The position numbers and the translations under genes are program-made. Positions 53,354 to 64,000 of a stretch of DNA of 64,000 bases are shown piece by piece (the first letter of the stretch is position 1; every line of letters starts with the position of its first letter). The DNA comes from Ophelia neglecta (lineage: Eukaryota). The stretch is taken from positions 41,540,001 to 41,604,000 of the forward strand of contig OZ260666.1 of the NCBI GenBank assembly GCA_965285935.1, written 5' to 3'. The notes beneath the pieces were generated by a model. The model made no database searches. It was given only the letters and a program-made list of their open reading frames with translations, and was not told the DNA's origin.

Positions 53354-56300
53354 CTGAATAATAGGGGGTCTTCCATGTACCTTTCTCAATAAACACTTTC
53401 GAAGTCAAAAAATGGTAATAATCATCACAATTGTGGCATTATTTGGATTAATATGGAGAGTTTTTGCGTATTACCGTTATATTATTATGTGCCTCTATTT
53501 GTTTAAGAATATAGCCTATATGAAATAAGTATATTGTTTTCCTAGCTAAGGCTTATGTTCGCTTCCTTTGTTGTCATTAATTTTACAACATGTTTCAACG
53601 GCCGGCTTTCTGTGAATAAAAGCTAATTATGAAAATTGATGTGTATTGCACCATGCCGATGCCAGGACTTCATAGAATTACTGCCAAAGGTCCATGATTA
53701 ATTACAGCAAAACATTCCTAGTTTTCTCACATGAAAACATATGATGATGCAAATCCAGTTTCATAGTTATGAACGTGCCCTGTTCTGAGTTTTGGCCCCT
53801 AAACCTCAAGGGTTGACCCTCGGGCTACCCGCACCACTCTTATAGTTTTACTGGAATATGATATTTTGTTTTTTTTTTTTTTTTTTTTTCAGTTGTTGCT
53901 TTGTTTAACCTTTTCCTGGCTATTTTGGTGTTTCTTCCGCGTATTTACAATATCTTTTGTTTGATAAAAAAACAATCTTGACTCAAGCACTGCCCTGTAT
54001 TTTTCCAACTCTTGCCATTGGCGACGTTGTGCAATCTATTGTTTGTGATAGGTGAATAAGGTAGGCATGTTCTAATTTGAAAAAAAAACCACAATCAGGT
54101 TTTCAGAGAATTTGAAGTAGTGTGCACAAGCTTTTAACCTATTACGGTGTGAAGAGCTGAGTCGTGTTTGGTTAGAAAATGATACGTGGCCCTGGAAAAC
54201 AAGATGCGAAGTAGTGTTCCTCTGCTTATACATGACCTGTATTGTACTCTTCTATCTTACAACCTCTCGTATATTTGGTCACATGACCATATATTTTTGA
54301 CCCCTATAGATCAGAAAGTGGAGTGTTAGGTTCATTATATACATACAAAAGAACATGAGGTCAACTTTATGTTTATTAATATGACAAGGCTTTCACCAAG
54401 GCGATATAGGCCTAGAATGACCGTTAAGTAAATATATGAAAATACAAAGTAATTAACCCAAAGCATTGAGTTCACCGTAGTTTTTTTTACTTATTTGTTT
54501 GATAATCGGGAAGAAATTGGCTAATTAAGTTGTCGTCGTTAAAATATTTACCCTAGAACAATTGTATCCAAGCCAATTTTCTTAATTACTTTTTAATGTA
54601 CCACTTTAAGGAGTGAATATCCTTCGATTATGTATCTATAATGAATAACCTGTTCTTTTAACAACAGATGTTGCGCAATAAGACTGCTAGTTTAAGCTAA
54701 TTGATTGTTTTATTGAAGTGGAAGAAGTTGGTTTTGGATTGTCTGCTGAAACCAAGTTGTCCGTATTTAATTAAATAAATGAGGAATGAGTAGCAGGTAA
54801 GAAGATGATTTTGGAACGTTGTTACGTCATCGCCGACCCTCGGGAGTAGTTTGTGTCCAATAATTAGACGTTTTGGCTGACGTGATTATATTTAGACAGC
54901 AATTGGGTGACCATTATCTGTTTAATGGCGAAGCAATGCATTCTCCAAGTGAGCTGTGACCTCTTGTTAAAGCAATGACTATAAACGAACAGGCTGACAT
55001 TTTTATTTCTCAAACATGAAAGCAGGCTGTACAAAATAATGTCTTGTGCAGAACCACCTACATAATTTGATTTATAATGATATATTATACATTTACAGGT
55101 TTGGCATTTTCAATGTGAATAGCTAATGCGTTCCTCCGGGATAGTAATACTATTCAAGGTATTAGCAGAAGTATGTTTCGCCTCTTTACATCTACGCCGT
55201 GAGGCTGCAAGCGCCCACACATTTCCTTGCATGGCTTCAGAAAAATGCAGAGCCTCTATTGAAAACTGCTAAGATAAACTCCTTGCGAAGGTTCATCAGT
55301 TAATGGGCGGCTTTATGGTGATCTTTAGCTTGCTTATTCAGTTTTTATATAATAAGGTAGGGGCCTGTAGGCGGTATTTACGTCGAACTGGTTTGAGAAT
55401 CTTAAGAATTGTATCAAAGATTTGGTAACCCATGCCGACGTATTTTCTTTCACCTTCCGCTTAGAGCTTCCCACTCAACATTCCGAACTTATTTACATCG
55501 CGAAAACAATGCAGTTCTGCATTATAAGGCATTGTGTTATCGCCAGCATTGTTTGATTTGTGCTATTCCATTATCCATTTTTATGATATTAGCTCTCCAC
55601 GTTTTATTTATCTCTACAGGGCTTTTGGCCTTGGATAGGTATCGCTCCTTATACCAATATATTCAGCATACTTATTGTTAATATTATTACGTTTCGAAGG
55701 TTGTCTTTCCCCGACATGGTACAATACCACGTTCCACCCCCATATGCCTTCACCCTTCGGGGGCTGCTGTATGAAAGGAATTTCAGACTGTCACCTCCTA
55801 GCCCATATACCCAGGAAGAAGACATCAAAAATGCCAATATTTATGCTCATACTGAGGGAAGGCAATTCTGTGTGTCCTCTAGCCATTGCCGCTGGTGAGA
55901 CAATAAAGAAGGTTATAATACATTCAAAGGCTAGTCTGCACTAATTTACTCCAAGTCATATAGGAGCGCATTGACAAGAGATGAGATATTGGCCGGCGGC
56001 ATGACTTAGGAGGGCTAATTTGGTAATGAATGAAATATGGGATAAAACCAGCTTTACTGACTAATTATTGCCAGAGGGAAGAAACTGATGAACCCAAACT
56101 CAGAGTTATTTATTCATGGCAATCCCTTTCCATTCATGAGAAAAATAGCATGTTACCAGACTCTATGCTACAGGCTATAGTCCTTCAAAGATCTGTATTG
56201 GTGTTATCATGCATAACTCCTCATGCTGCTCTATACAAATTATTTTTCATTTTTAATATTTTAAAGATTAATTAGTAATTGGTTTTTTTTACTGTTTCTG

Positions 56301-56744
56301 AACATACCGGTCCGTATGAAAATATAATCCGCGCTATAGAATAGTACGAAAAAGAGCTCATAAAACAGATAGGCCTGGACAGTAAATCATACGAGATCGA
56401 TGATAGATAAGCATAATTTTATAAATATTGAAAACCAGCTGGTTCGGATTTTTGATGTTATACCAGTTTAATCACTATAAAAAAACTTCTTCAATAAACC
56501 CTGCCTATTTGTCGGACATCTGCAAAAAGGGGTCTTAATATAAAGATATCTTTGAATTCCTCCCATGATATGATTCGAACAAAGGGTATAGCCACATATC
56601 GGTTTGTAGGCTATCATTAACAATATATAGTCAAAGTTGTTTCCTCCAGAAAGCATACCGCTATTGAGCAAACTTTTTTTCTATCTTTGAAAAACAATGC
56701 TTAAGCTTGTCCTTGTCCTTGATAACAAAGTTCTATCTTTCTAG

Positions 56745-56863
56745 AAGCCGGAATTCGACTGGAGCCCCGGAACGATAGGCTTAGTGGACAGCTCGTTTTT
56801 TTGGGGTTACCTTATAACCCAGCTACCAGGAGGGTATTTAGCTTCTAGATATCCAGCAAATAG
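56745..56863 (+). CDS. VGLUT: VGLUT coding exon 3 (119 nt)
   Basis: ttctatctttctag|AAG...AATAG|gtatgg; [39 protein letters not shown](R). Confidence 0.95.
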
Positions 56864-57034
56864 GTATGGCCTCAAATTCAAACAGTATTAGGTAATATAT
56901 ACACATCATAATAATTGTACAATAACTAGTTTTCGGCAAATATTTGTTTTATCCTATATTTACTGCAATGTTAATCAGAAGAATATAAGGCAAATACATT
57001 GGGATATTTCTATATGTTTTCTTCTTTTTTACAG

Positions 57035-57149
57035 GATATTTGGGGGAGCAATAGCAATATCGTCTTTCCTAAACCTTTTTATACCAGGCGCTTGTCAAGT
57101 CCACTTCAGTTTAGTAATGTTTGTCAGAATTCTACAAGGCCTAGTAGAG
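57035..57149 (+). CDS. VGLUT: VGLUT coding exon 4 (115 nt)
   Basis: ttcttcttttttacag|G...GAG|gtaagt; (R)[38 protein letters not shown]. Confidence 0.95.
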
Positions 57150-59610
57150 GTAAGTGCCCCGATTAATATGTCAGTTATACTTGTACTATCCTGAATGATA
57201 GTGACATTATTTAACTTTAATTTTCATTGTATATAGCTGACCTCGTTTTCATAATGTTGTATTCTTCGATTCAAATAAAATACACGTAACAGTCCTGCAG
57301 GTATAGGAACAACAAGGTAGAGCAGAATAACTGTAGATCCTAGTGTACTTCAAGTAGGACCTAGGATAATTTTCGAAAGTGCAATAATATAATTGGTTTC
57401 CACAAATAATTTTCACGGCGCCATTCCGACTTTCAAGGCAGAATGATTCATACTGTAATCAGTGAGCTCTGCACCTCTGAGATTCCGTGTGTGTTGACAA
57501 AACATGTATAGCAAGCACGTCTGCATGCAGCACGCCTGCGCGCGTATTGATCAATCAGTTTCCGGCGTGGTGCACCTCTGTTCCTTTGTATTCCTACCCA
57601 CGAGAAGAAGCAGGCATCGCTGAAAAGTGAGGCCATCCAAGCTCCGTGGCAGCATTCTTTGTAAAAATGTAATTTATGTGGCATGATAGATCGGTTTCTT
57701 TACACCACTAGACTGTAATATCACCGAGATAAGATATAGCTATTGCAAAGGGGAGTCTGTAATAGTCTTTCATCACCTCCTCCCGACCAAAATGGCGGAT
57801 GTGATTCATTTTGATGGGTCGCTTTCGAGTTTACCCAAGGTGCAAATGCAATATCGTTCCAACATCCTCGTATGAGAAATTCCCTTGCTGGCGATTGCTT
57901 ATGAATTTTATATTAGAAGCAGTAACACTCTTCCTGATCTGAATAGGACTAAAGTGTGTGCTGCAGGTTTCTAGATCTTTCCATTGGCTCTATAGTACAG
58001 TTTTAATGATGGTTTATGTTCAAGGCCCAGCACTATAATTGTGCGAGCTAATAAACTCTACGCTTGTTAAGGGTTTATTTCTTTCTTGTTTGATTGTCCC
58101 TAGAAAAAAAAACGCTCAACAACCTGAAAATCAAGAAAAGAGAAAACCAATTAATGCTGAGCTCTATGGTTTTGAGGCTGCTTAGCCCATCTCGTGGAAT
58201 GATATTTTCTTCACATGGACTAAACTTTCAACATTTAAAGTAATGTTCAACCATTGATTATGCATCGGGCAACAAGATAGAGTTTACTTCATCGCTCGCT
58301 TTATTATAAGTACAAACAAAAGATTAAAAAGTGACATTCATTTTAAATAATCTGTGATATATAAATATATCAAAGGTTTGAATTTTGAAATCCTAGCTCT
58401 CTCTAAACTGAACAGTTGGGTTTTCTGTATTTTCTAAAAAAACAATTGGTATACGTTTTCGATGTCACAGAGGACGGGCGGCTCTTACATAATATGGGAA
58501 GGCCGCCCCATACTAAACGCCTTTCTTTTGAAGTTTGGCTAGCGGCCTTTGTTTCAATTGATGGAAACGTTAGTGATTAAAGTAAAGTGTCATGAAAAAA
58601 GTGGAAGGTGCGCTGTCAAATAAGTACAAAGTTGATCGTCTATGCGAAAGAAGGATATTATCCAATAGGACGCCAAAATGGTAACATTAGTGGTCCGTGA
58701 TTTGCGCAAATTTGCTAAATGTAGCACTGAGAGTGGTCATACTTAGAACACAAATAAAAATGAAGTTAGAGGGTGACATATTCGACATTATTATGGAGTA
58801 ATGTAAACTGAAATGCACTTGTAAGGAGAATAGATCTGTTAATCTATCTCAGACGACTTTTGACGTTTCAAACAACGTCATGTCTTCGCTGCTGACCAAA
58901 ATCACACCCTGTGCTCACACATTTCTAAATGAAATAGATCGAAACATAAATAATTCGACTAAAACACTGTTTCCTGCACAGTATTCATAAGTGTGCACCG
59001 AAGTACAGCCTATCTGTCCATTTCTTATTTGCCAAGGTAGTAACCTTGGCTCATAAGAAATTAGCACAAGACTGTCGAAAATAATTAAGTAGGATCACGT
59101 TACCATGGCAGTGGGACTAGGTGACTTTGGTAAATGGAATAAAGTAAAATTTTAAAAAAGTAAAAGGAATAAAACATAAATTTCCTCGCGCGTTTATGGC
59201 ACATTTGTCTTCCACATACCAAATGAAGGCTTCCTTAGTGTCTCAATTTTAAGAGAAGCCTCAAATAACAGCCTTTTAATTGCTAATGAATAGTCAAATA
59301 TTCATGTGCTGGCTTTTAATGGCCTTTTTTTGGTTCTTCATATTCTTGTTTAACCTAACATACATAGATACATATACGCACATATGATTTACAAATATCA
59401 TTAAAGCTTTGTCAGGCAATTTTAAAAGTAAAAGAACACTTTCGAAAATGTCATGTTTGGTGATTGAAGATGTAGGAATTTCTTATCAATACTAGTGTAT
59501 TAATGATTATATTAATGATTATATTTGTATAAAGTATCATGAAAAATCCATTTCATTTAGCCTTCCCCGTACATTATAATAATATTAGCTATCAAATTTA
59601 TTTTATTCAG

Positions 59611-59698
59611 GGCGTTACCTATCCTGCCTGTCACGGTATTTGGAGACATTGGGCTCCTCCTTTGGAACGATCCAGACTAGCCACAATGTCATTTTGCG
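59611..59698 (+). CDS. VGLUT: VGLUT coding exon 5 (88 nt)
   Basis: tttattttattcag|GGC...TGCG|gtgagt; [29 protein letters not shown](G). Confidence 0.96.
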
Positions 59699-60507
59699 GT
59701 GAGTATGCTTAATGTCTTGTTTAATTTACAAATTTTAAAGCAAAGTGTTTCAAGAACGCTTTTAATGTGACGTGCGCATCCATTCAATTCACATCTTACG
59801 AACTGAGACCAATTTAGCTCACATAAACACAAATGGAATATGGTCAGTGTGCAATAAAATTTATGAGAAGATAAGTGTGTCTGGCGGTTGATGATGGGGG
59901 ACAGTGTGGCCGTTGAAGACAAGACCGGGCGGTCGTCTAACTACCTTCTGACAGGCACACCTTACAAGGACCGTCCCCCGAGGGCGAATCACAGAGCCAC
60001 CTTTGCAGCAACAGCAGAAACCAATTACTGCAGAGGCATAAACCCCCAACTAGGTCTGAGCAAAAATCTAAACATATTGCCGGCAATTGCACTTGGTCAC
60101 AGAAGCTAATGGTAGCAAATGGCACTAGAAAGACGGCAATAATTCTTAATTTGCTCAGGGTAGAACATTAGGCTAATATTGTAGGAAAACCTGTCTTCGC
60201 TGCGGGTAGGAATACATGTCTCATTACTAGAAATCCGGCAGGTGCAACCCCCTAAATATATGAACCTCCACTTTCAAATCTGCGGTGTATATAGGAATGC
60301 ATGATTATCATTTGAAATGCCCAGTGATTATATTTTCTAATCAATGATTATCATGTTTAGGTCTATTGAATATTGATAAATAGAGGGTACCATCTTCAAG
60401 TAATTGAGCAGCTACATTTAAGATGATTTCAACCTCTCAACCGTCTATACATATTATTAGAAAATATAGTTTAAGGCTGAACAATTTTCACCCTAATTAT
60501 TCAATAG

Positions 60508-60594
60508 GTTCCTACGCTGGAGCCGTTCTAGGTATGCCCTTGTCCGGTATATTAACTGAAAAGATAGGTTGGCAGTCTAGTTTTTATTTTTACG
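60508..60594 (+). CDS. VGLUT: VGLUT coding exon 6 (87 nt)
   Basis: ccctaattattcaatag|GT...TACG|gtaagt; (G)[28 protein letters not shown](G). Confidence 0.95.
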
Positions 60595-60777
60595 GTAAGT
60601 CACTCACAACAATTTATACTGAATCCAAACTTAAATAATTGTTCAGCTTATCACCAGAAACACATCATTTATTCATTAAAATCGTAAAACTATTACTCAA
60701 TAAATTACTGAGATTTGCCATAAAAGCCCGCAATTAAAAAAATATGAAAAGAAAACTTTGTCTATTTGACTATAAAG

Positions 60778-60917
60778 GTTGTTGTGGTATGATATGGTTC
60801 AGTATATGGTGGTTCATTGCGTCCGAGAAGCCCGTCAATCATCCTCGTATAACTGACCAGGAAAGAGATTACATCGAAAAAACACTCACTGCGAATACCT
60901 CCTCCGTTTCTAATAAG
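60778..60917 (+). CDS. VGLUT: VGLUT coding exon 7 (140 nt)
   Basis: atttgactataaag|GT...AAG|gtaagg; (G)CCGMIWFSIWWFIASEKPVNHPRITDQERDYIEKTLTANTSSVSNK. The HPxI...E..YIE loop motif is typical of SLC17. The acceptor is a weak AAG. Confidence 0.9.
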
Positions 60918-61179
60918 GTAAGGAAGCCCTCTTGTCGTGCCTGATGATGTTTGTGTGCATCTATAGATAGGGCCTTGAACTTTCATGAAACCCTACCGGA
61001 AATGAGTTCATTTAGTTTGTAAACCCTATGCCTTTTTATAGGGCTTATTAAGGAGCAAACAACTGATTTATTGTGTACTGGTTTACATTTAAAATACTCG
61101 ACCAGCTAAGAGTTATTCTTCGCAGTATGTATAATGTAGAAACATCAGGTTTGATAAATAAATGCTGTTTTTTTTCCAG

Positions 61180-61329
61180 TTCCTGAAGACCCCCTGGAAG
61201 AAATTCCTCACCTCGCTGCCGGTTTATGCCATTATCGTGGCAAATTTCTGTCGTAGCTGGAGCTTTTACCTGCTCATCATTACGCAACCCAAATACTTTA
61301 AAGAGGCTCTTGACTTTGACATCGCCAAG
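61180..61329 (+). CDS. VGLUT: VGLUT coding exon 8 (150 nt)
   Basis: ctgttttttttccag|TTC...AAG|gttagt; [50 protein letters not shown]. Confidence 0.96.
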
Positions 61330-61381
61330 GTTAGTAGACTTAGAAATCTACGTATCTGGGGGAAGACAAAGGGATATACCA

Positions 61382-61508
61382 TCTCTCTGTCTCTGCCTCT
61401 GTCTCTGTCTCTATCGCTCTGTCTCTCCGTCTCTGTCTTTATGTCTGTGTGTCTCTGTCCTCGTGTCTCTCTGTCTCCGTGTCTCTCTGTCTGTCTGTCT
61501 GTCTCTCC
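61382..61508 (+). repeat. (CT)/(CTGT) compound microsatellite
   Basis: Read directly; starts about 50 nt into the intron after exon 8. Confidence 0.92.
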
Positions 61509-62484
61509 TTTCATCCAGCCCACAAACTCCTCCAGAAATTGCTATGACCCCCTTTTATAAAGCCACCCTTTAACATAATGTATGTATGCGATAATGTATT
61601 GCCCATCATAGGCTGTTTACTGTGTTTTGTGTCAAAATAAAAACACATTCCATCGATTGAAAAAGGAACTTTTTTATTTCATTTTGTCACGCAATCTCGT
61701 GTGAACAGATGGAACTACTTTGGCCAACAACACGTGTGAACGGAAATAGACCCCGATCACGTAAACCAAAAAGTTTAAAGAGGAAAGTTGATTTTTATTG
61801 GTCTTCATTTAGTCGTGCGTTATTCTGCGTCTCGAAAGTCTACTTTATACGCAAACTCGACCAGTGCTATCTATTTTAGTGAGCATTAACCAGTAGCATG
61901 AATGGTGATCAAACTACCAACAAGAGAGAGCAGCCATGCGCGCATGCTTTAATCCAGGCGTCAAAATTAGTTCCGGTGTCGCATTCAAATGTTGTTCGAA
62001 TTCCACCTCCAATTTTACACCTGATTGGCTAGACGGCCAATCAAGACGTAATCTTTTGACGCATCAATTCTACGAAACCTTCGCTGGGAGTGTGCCCGCC
62101 ATAGACGACAGACGGATTAGTAAGAATCTCCACCAAGATCCTTCTCTCGGGATTAATCAGGTCTCGGCAGGATGCAGATGAGGCGCTCTCACAGTTGGCA
62201 GAAAGACTTTTCGTCAGAACGGTATTCCGGCGCTGGAGTCGTTTCTCGGAGCTAGGCGTTGACGGTTCACTAATTACCTTCAAAAAGATGTCTGGGTGAG
62301 GAAACATAGCCTTATTTCCTGTCGGAGGAATCTACTGACTCACCTGACCCAGTCGCTGCTAATTGGGTCCAATATGGCTTCTGTATCACAGGATGCACGA
62401 GACTACAAATTTCATGGATGTCAACACTCAGAAAATAGAATAGAAAATAGAATGTGTCTCCCCGTGTACGCCTTCCTGTATATA

Positions 62485-62662
62485 CAGTGAAACCTGTGAA
62501 TTAAGACCACCAAAAGGACCTGAAAATACTGGTCTGATTATGGAGGTGGTCTGTTAAGACAGGTTATTTTACATTGAATGTATGCAGTATGGTCTACAAA
62601 AAAATGGTCGGACTTTCCAGGTGGTTTGAATATAGAGATGTTCTTTAAGGCAGGTTTTACTG
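62485..62662. mobile_element. 178-bp MITE of the Tc1/mariner (pogo/Tigger-like) class
   Basis: TA-CAGTGAAACCTG...CAGGTTTTACTG-TA: terminal inverted repeats match 11/12 with TA target duplication (62483-62484, 62663-62664). Internal AGACCACC / GGTGGTCT sub-repeats. Confidence 0.88.
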
Positions 62663-63356
62663 TAACTAGAACATTTTTTGGCAAACACTATCAAACTATA
62701 GGCTTAGTGCTGTACATGGCGCTGCAAGGGCAAGAGTCTTTTAAGCTCGTCTACTGATCATTGAGGACTTGGTCGGCGTCAGGAATTAGAGCAGTTGCTG
62801 GTCTCCATAAGTATAGCAGGGAACCAACAAGCATTCATTTTCAATAATCTACTGGGTATTCGGCACCAGAAAAAATTCCTTTGATGCAAATATATGTAAG
62901 AGAAGAACCTTAAACTTCTAACGATGTCGTTCTGAGTACAGCATCTCCATCCGTGATGTGCTGCATAACTAAGAGTCTTAAGAAACCCACGGTAAAATCG
63001 TTGTCATGATCACTCAGTTTCTTTAGTAGGAACTGGTTCATTTATAGACTGGGCCTGTACTTAGCATATACCCCTGTATAATATAATATGTATGTCTGTT
63101 GATTGGCTGCCGTCGAAGTCAATTACTTATTGACCTCTCCTTCCTACCGTTATACACAACTCGATTTCCTTTCAGTGGCGCAGGCATTTTTGCCTTTAGA
63201 GTCCTCGTTTTTATGTCTTTAAACCGCTTACCTAAAACTCACTCCATTCTGACATTGACGCCTTTATAATCTTGATCATATTCCATGTGTGATATACATC
63301 CTTACAACTACATCTTTAATACCAATAGAGGAATTTAATTTATTTTTCTTAATCAG

Positions 63357-63489
63357 GGAGGCGTTCTCTCTGCCCTTCCCCATCTTGTGATGACCATGAT
63401 CGTACCTATTGGAGGAAATCTTGCCGATTTTCTGAGAAAAACCGACACATTGTCGACTACATCTGTACGGAAAATATTCAATTGTGGAG
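63357..63489 (+). CDS. VGLUT: VGLUT coding exon 9 (133 nt)
   Basis: ttatttttcttaatcag|GGA...GGAG|gtaagt; [44 protein letters not shown](G). Confidence 0.95.
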
Positions 63490-64000
63490 GTAAGTCGTCT
63501 GCCCGTTTCTAAGAACTTTGAACTTTATTAGATACAGCAATTCATTTTCCTAGATAAAAACTGCTTGCTTCATCCTCAACCTGTGAAAGGACGAGGCGAC
63601 TGGGATCACTCAATTCAATACAGTCACCTGCTAACACCTCATGATCACCCAATTTATGAGGTCAGAGGAATTAAGATTTGCAATGACTTCCCCAATACCG
63701 TATGATGGATTATCTTTCCCAAAATCCCCCCGGATGGCGAAGCTGTTGAATAGAGAAGCGCTTTGCAAAATACGAGAGGAGAGATCTTACAGATAAGGAT
63801 TCCATTCTGATCACGCCAATTTAAGACTCGCCAACAGGAAATTAAAGCTTGCATATTCTCCTTCCCAAACAAGGAAGTACTTGACGAAGCTTCAAACCAC
63901 GTGCAAGGCATCCAAACAAAAGGCAATCGAGTACTGTTTGCAGACGTCACACACCTCAACATTAGTGAGTTACACCGGAAGTGGCTCTCAAACTGAGCTG

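Larger units (their letters stand above)
37202..63489 (+). other. VGLUT: Span of the confidently placed exons of a multi-exon vesicular glutamate transporter gene (SLC17A6/7/8, eat-4 family). 3' end lies outside the window; first exon uncertain.
   Basis: Eight GT-AG-bounded exons join in frame with consistent phases (2|0|2|0|1|1|0|0|1). They give the VGLUT motifs [83 protein letters not shown] and [16 protein letters not shown]. Confidence 0.95.

Noticed and set aside
53869-53892. T-run plus CAG as a real acceptor
   Set aside because: The downstream phase-0 frame stops within about 24 codons. More likely a simple poly(T) run or an antisense poly(A) tail.
61330-61573. C-terminal extensions of ORFs 61162..61560 and 61226..61573
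   Set aside because: Read-through into an intronic CT microsatellite after the donor at 61330.

Overview
Eukaryotic, animal-type genomic DNA: AT-rich, spliceosomal GT-AG introns, SINE/LINE/MITE debris and one N-gap at 16892-17059. The SINE type suggests a lophotrochozoan-like invertebrate (inference). The only gene I can support is a + strand vesicular glutamate transporter (VGLUT / SLC17A6-8 / eat-4 family). Eight internal coding exons between 37202 and 63489 splice in frame, and the gene continues past the window end. Two candidate first coding exons lie at about 22.7-23.6 kb, beside a cluster of ETS motifs. The most unusual structure is a 45-bp tandem array (about 37507-38126) built from the exon 2/intron 2 junction itself. 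It places 13 further copies of the splice-donor position behind the real one. Every copy carries an in-frame stop, and 11 of the 14 positions overlap a perfect AP-1 site. Nearly all ORFs in the supplied track are spurious. There are no prokaryotic features (no CRISPR arrays or operons). Exon numbering is by analogy with vertebrate VGLUT genes.
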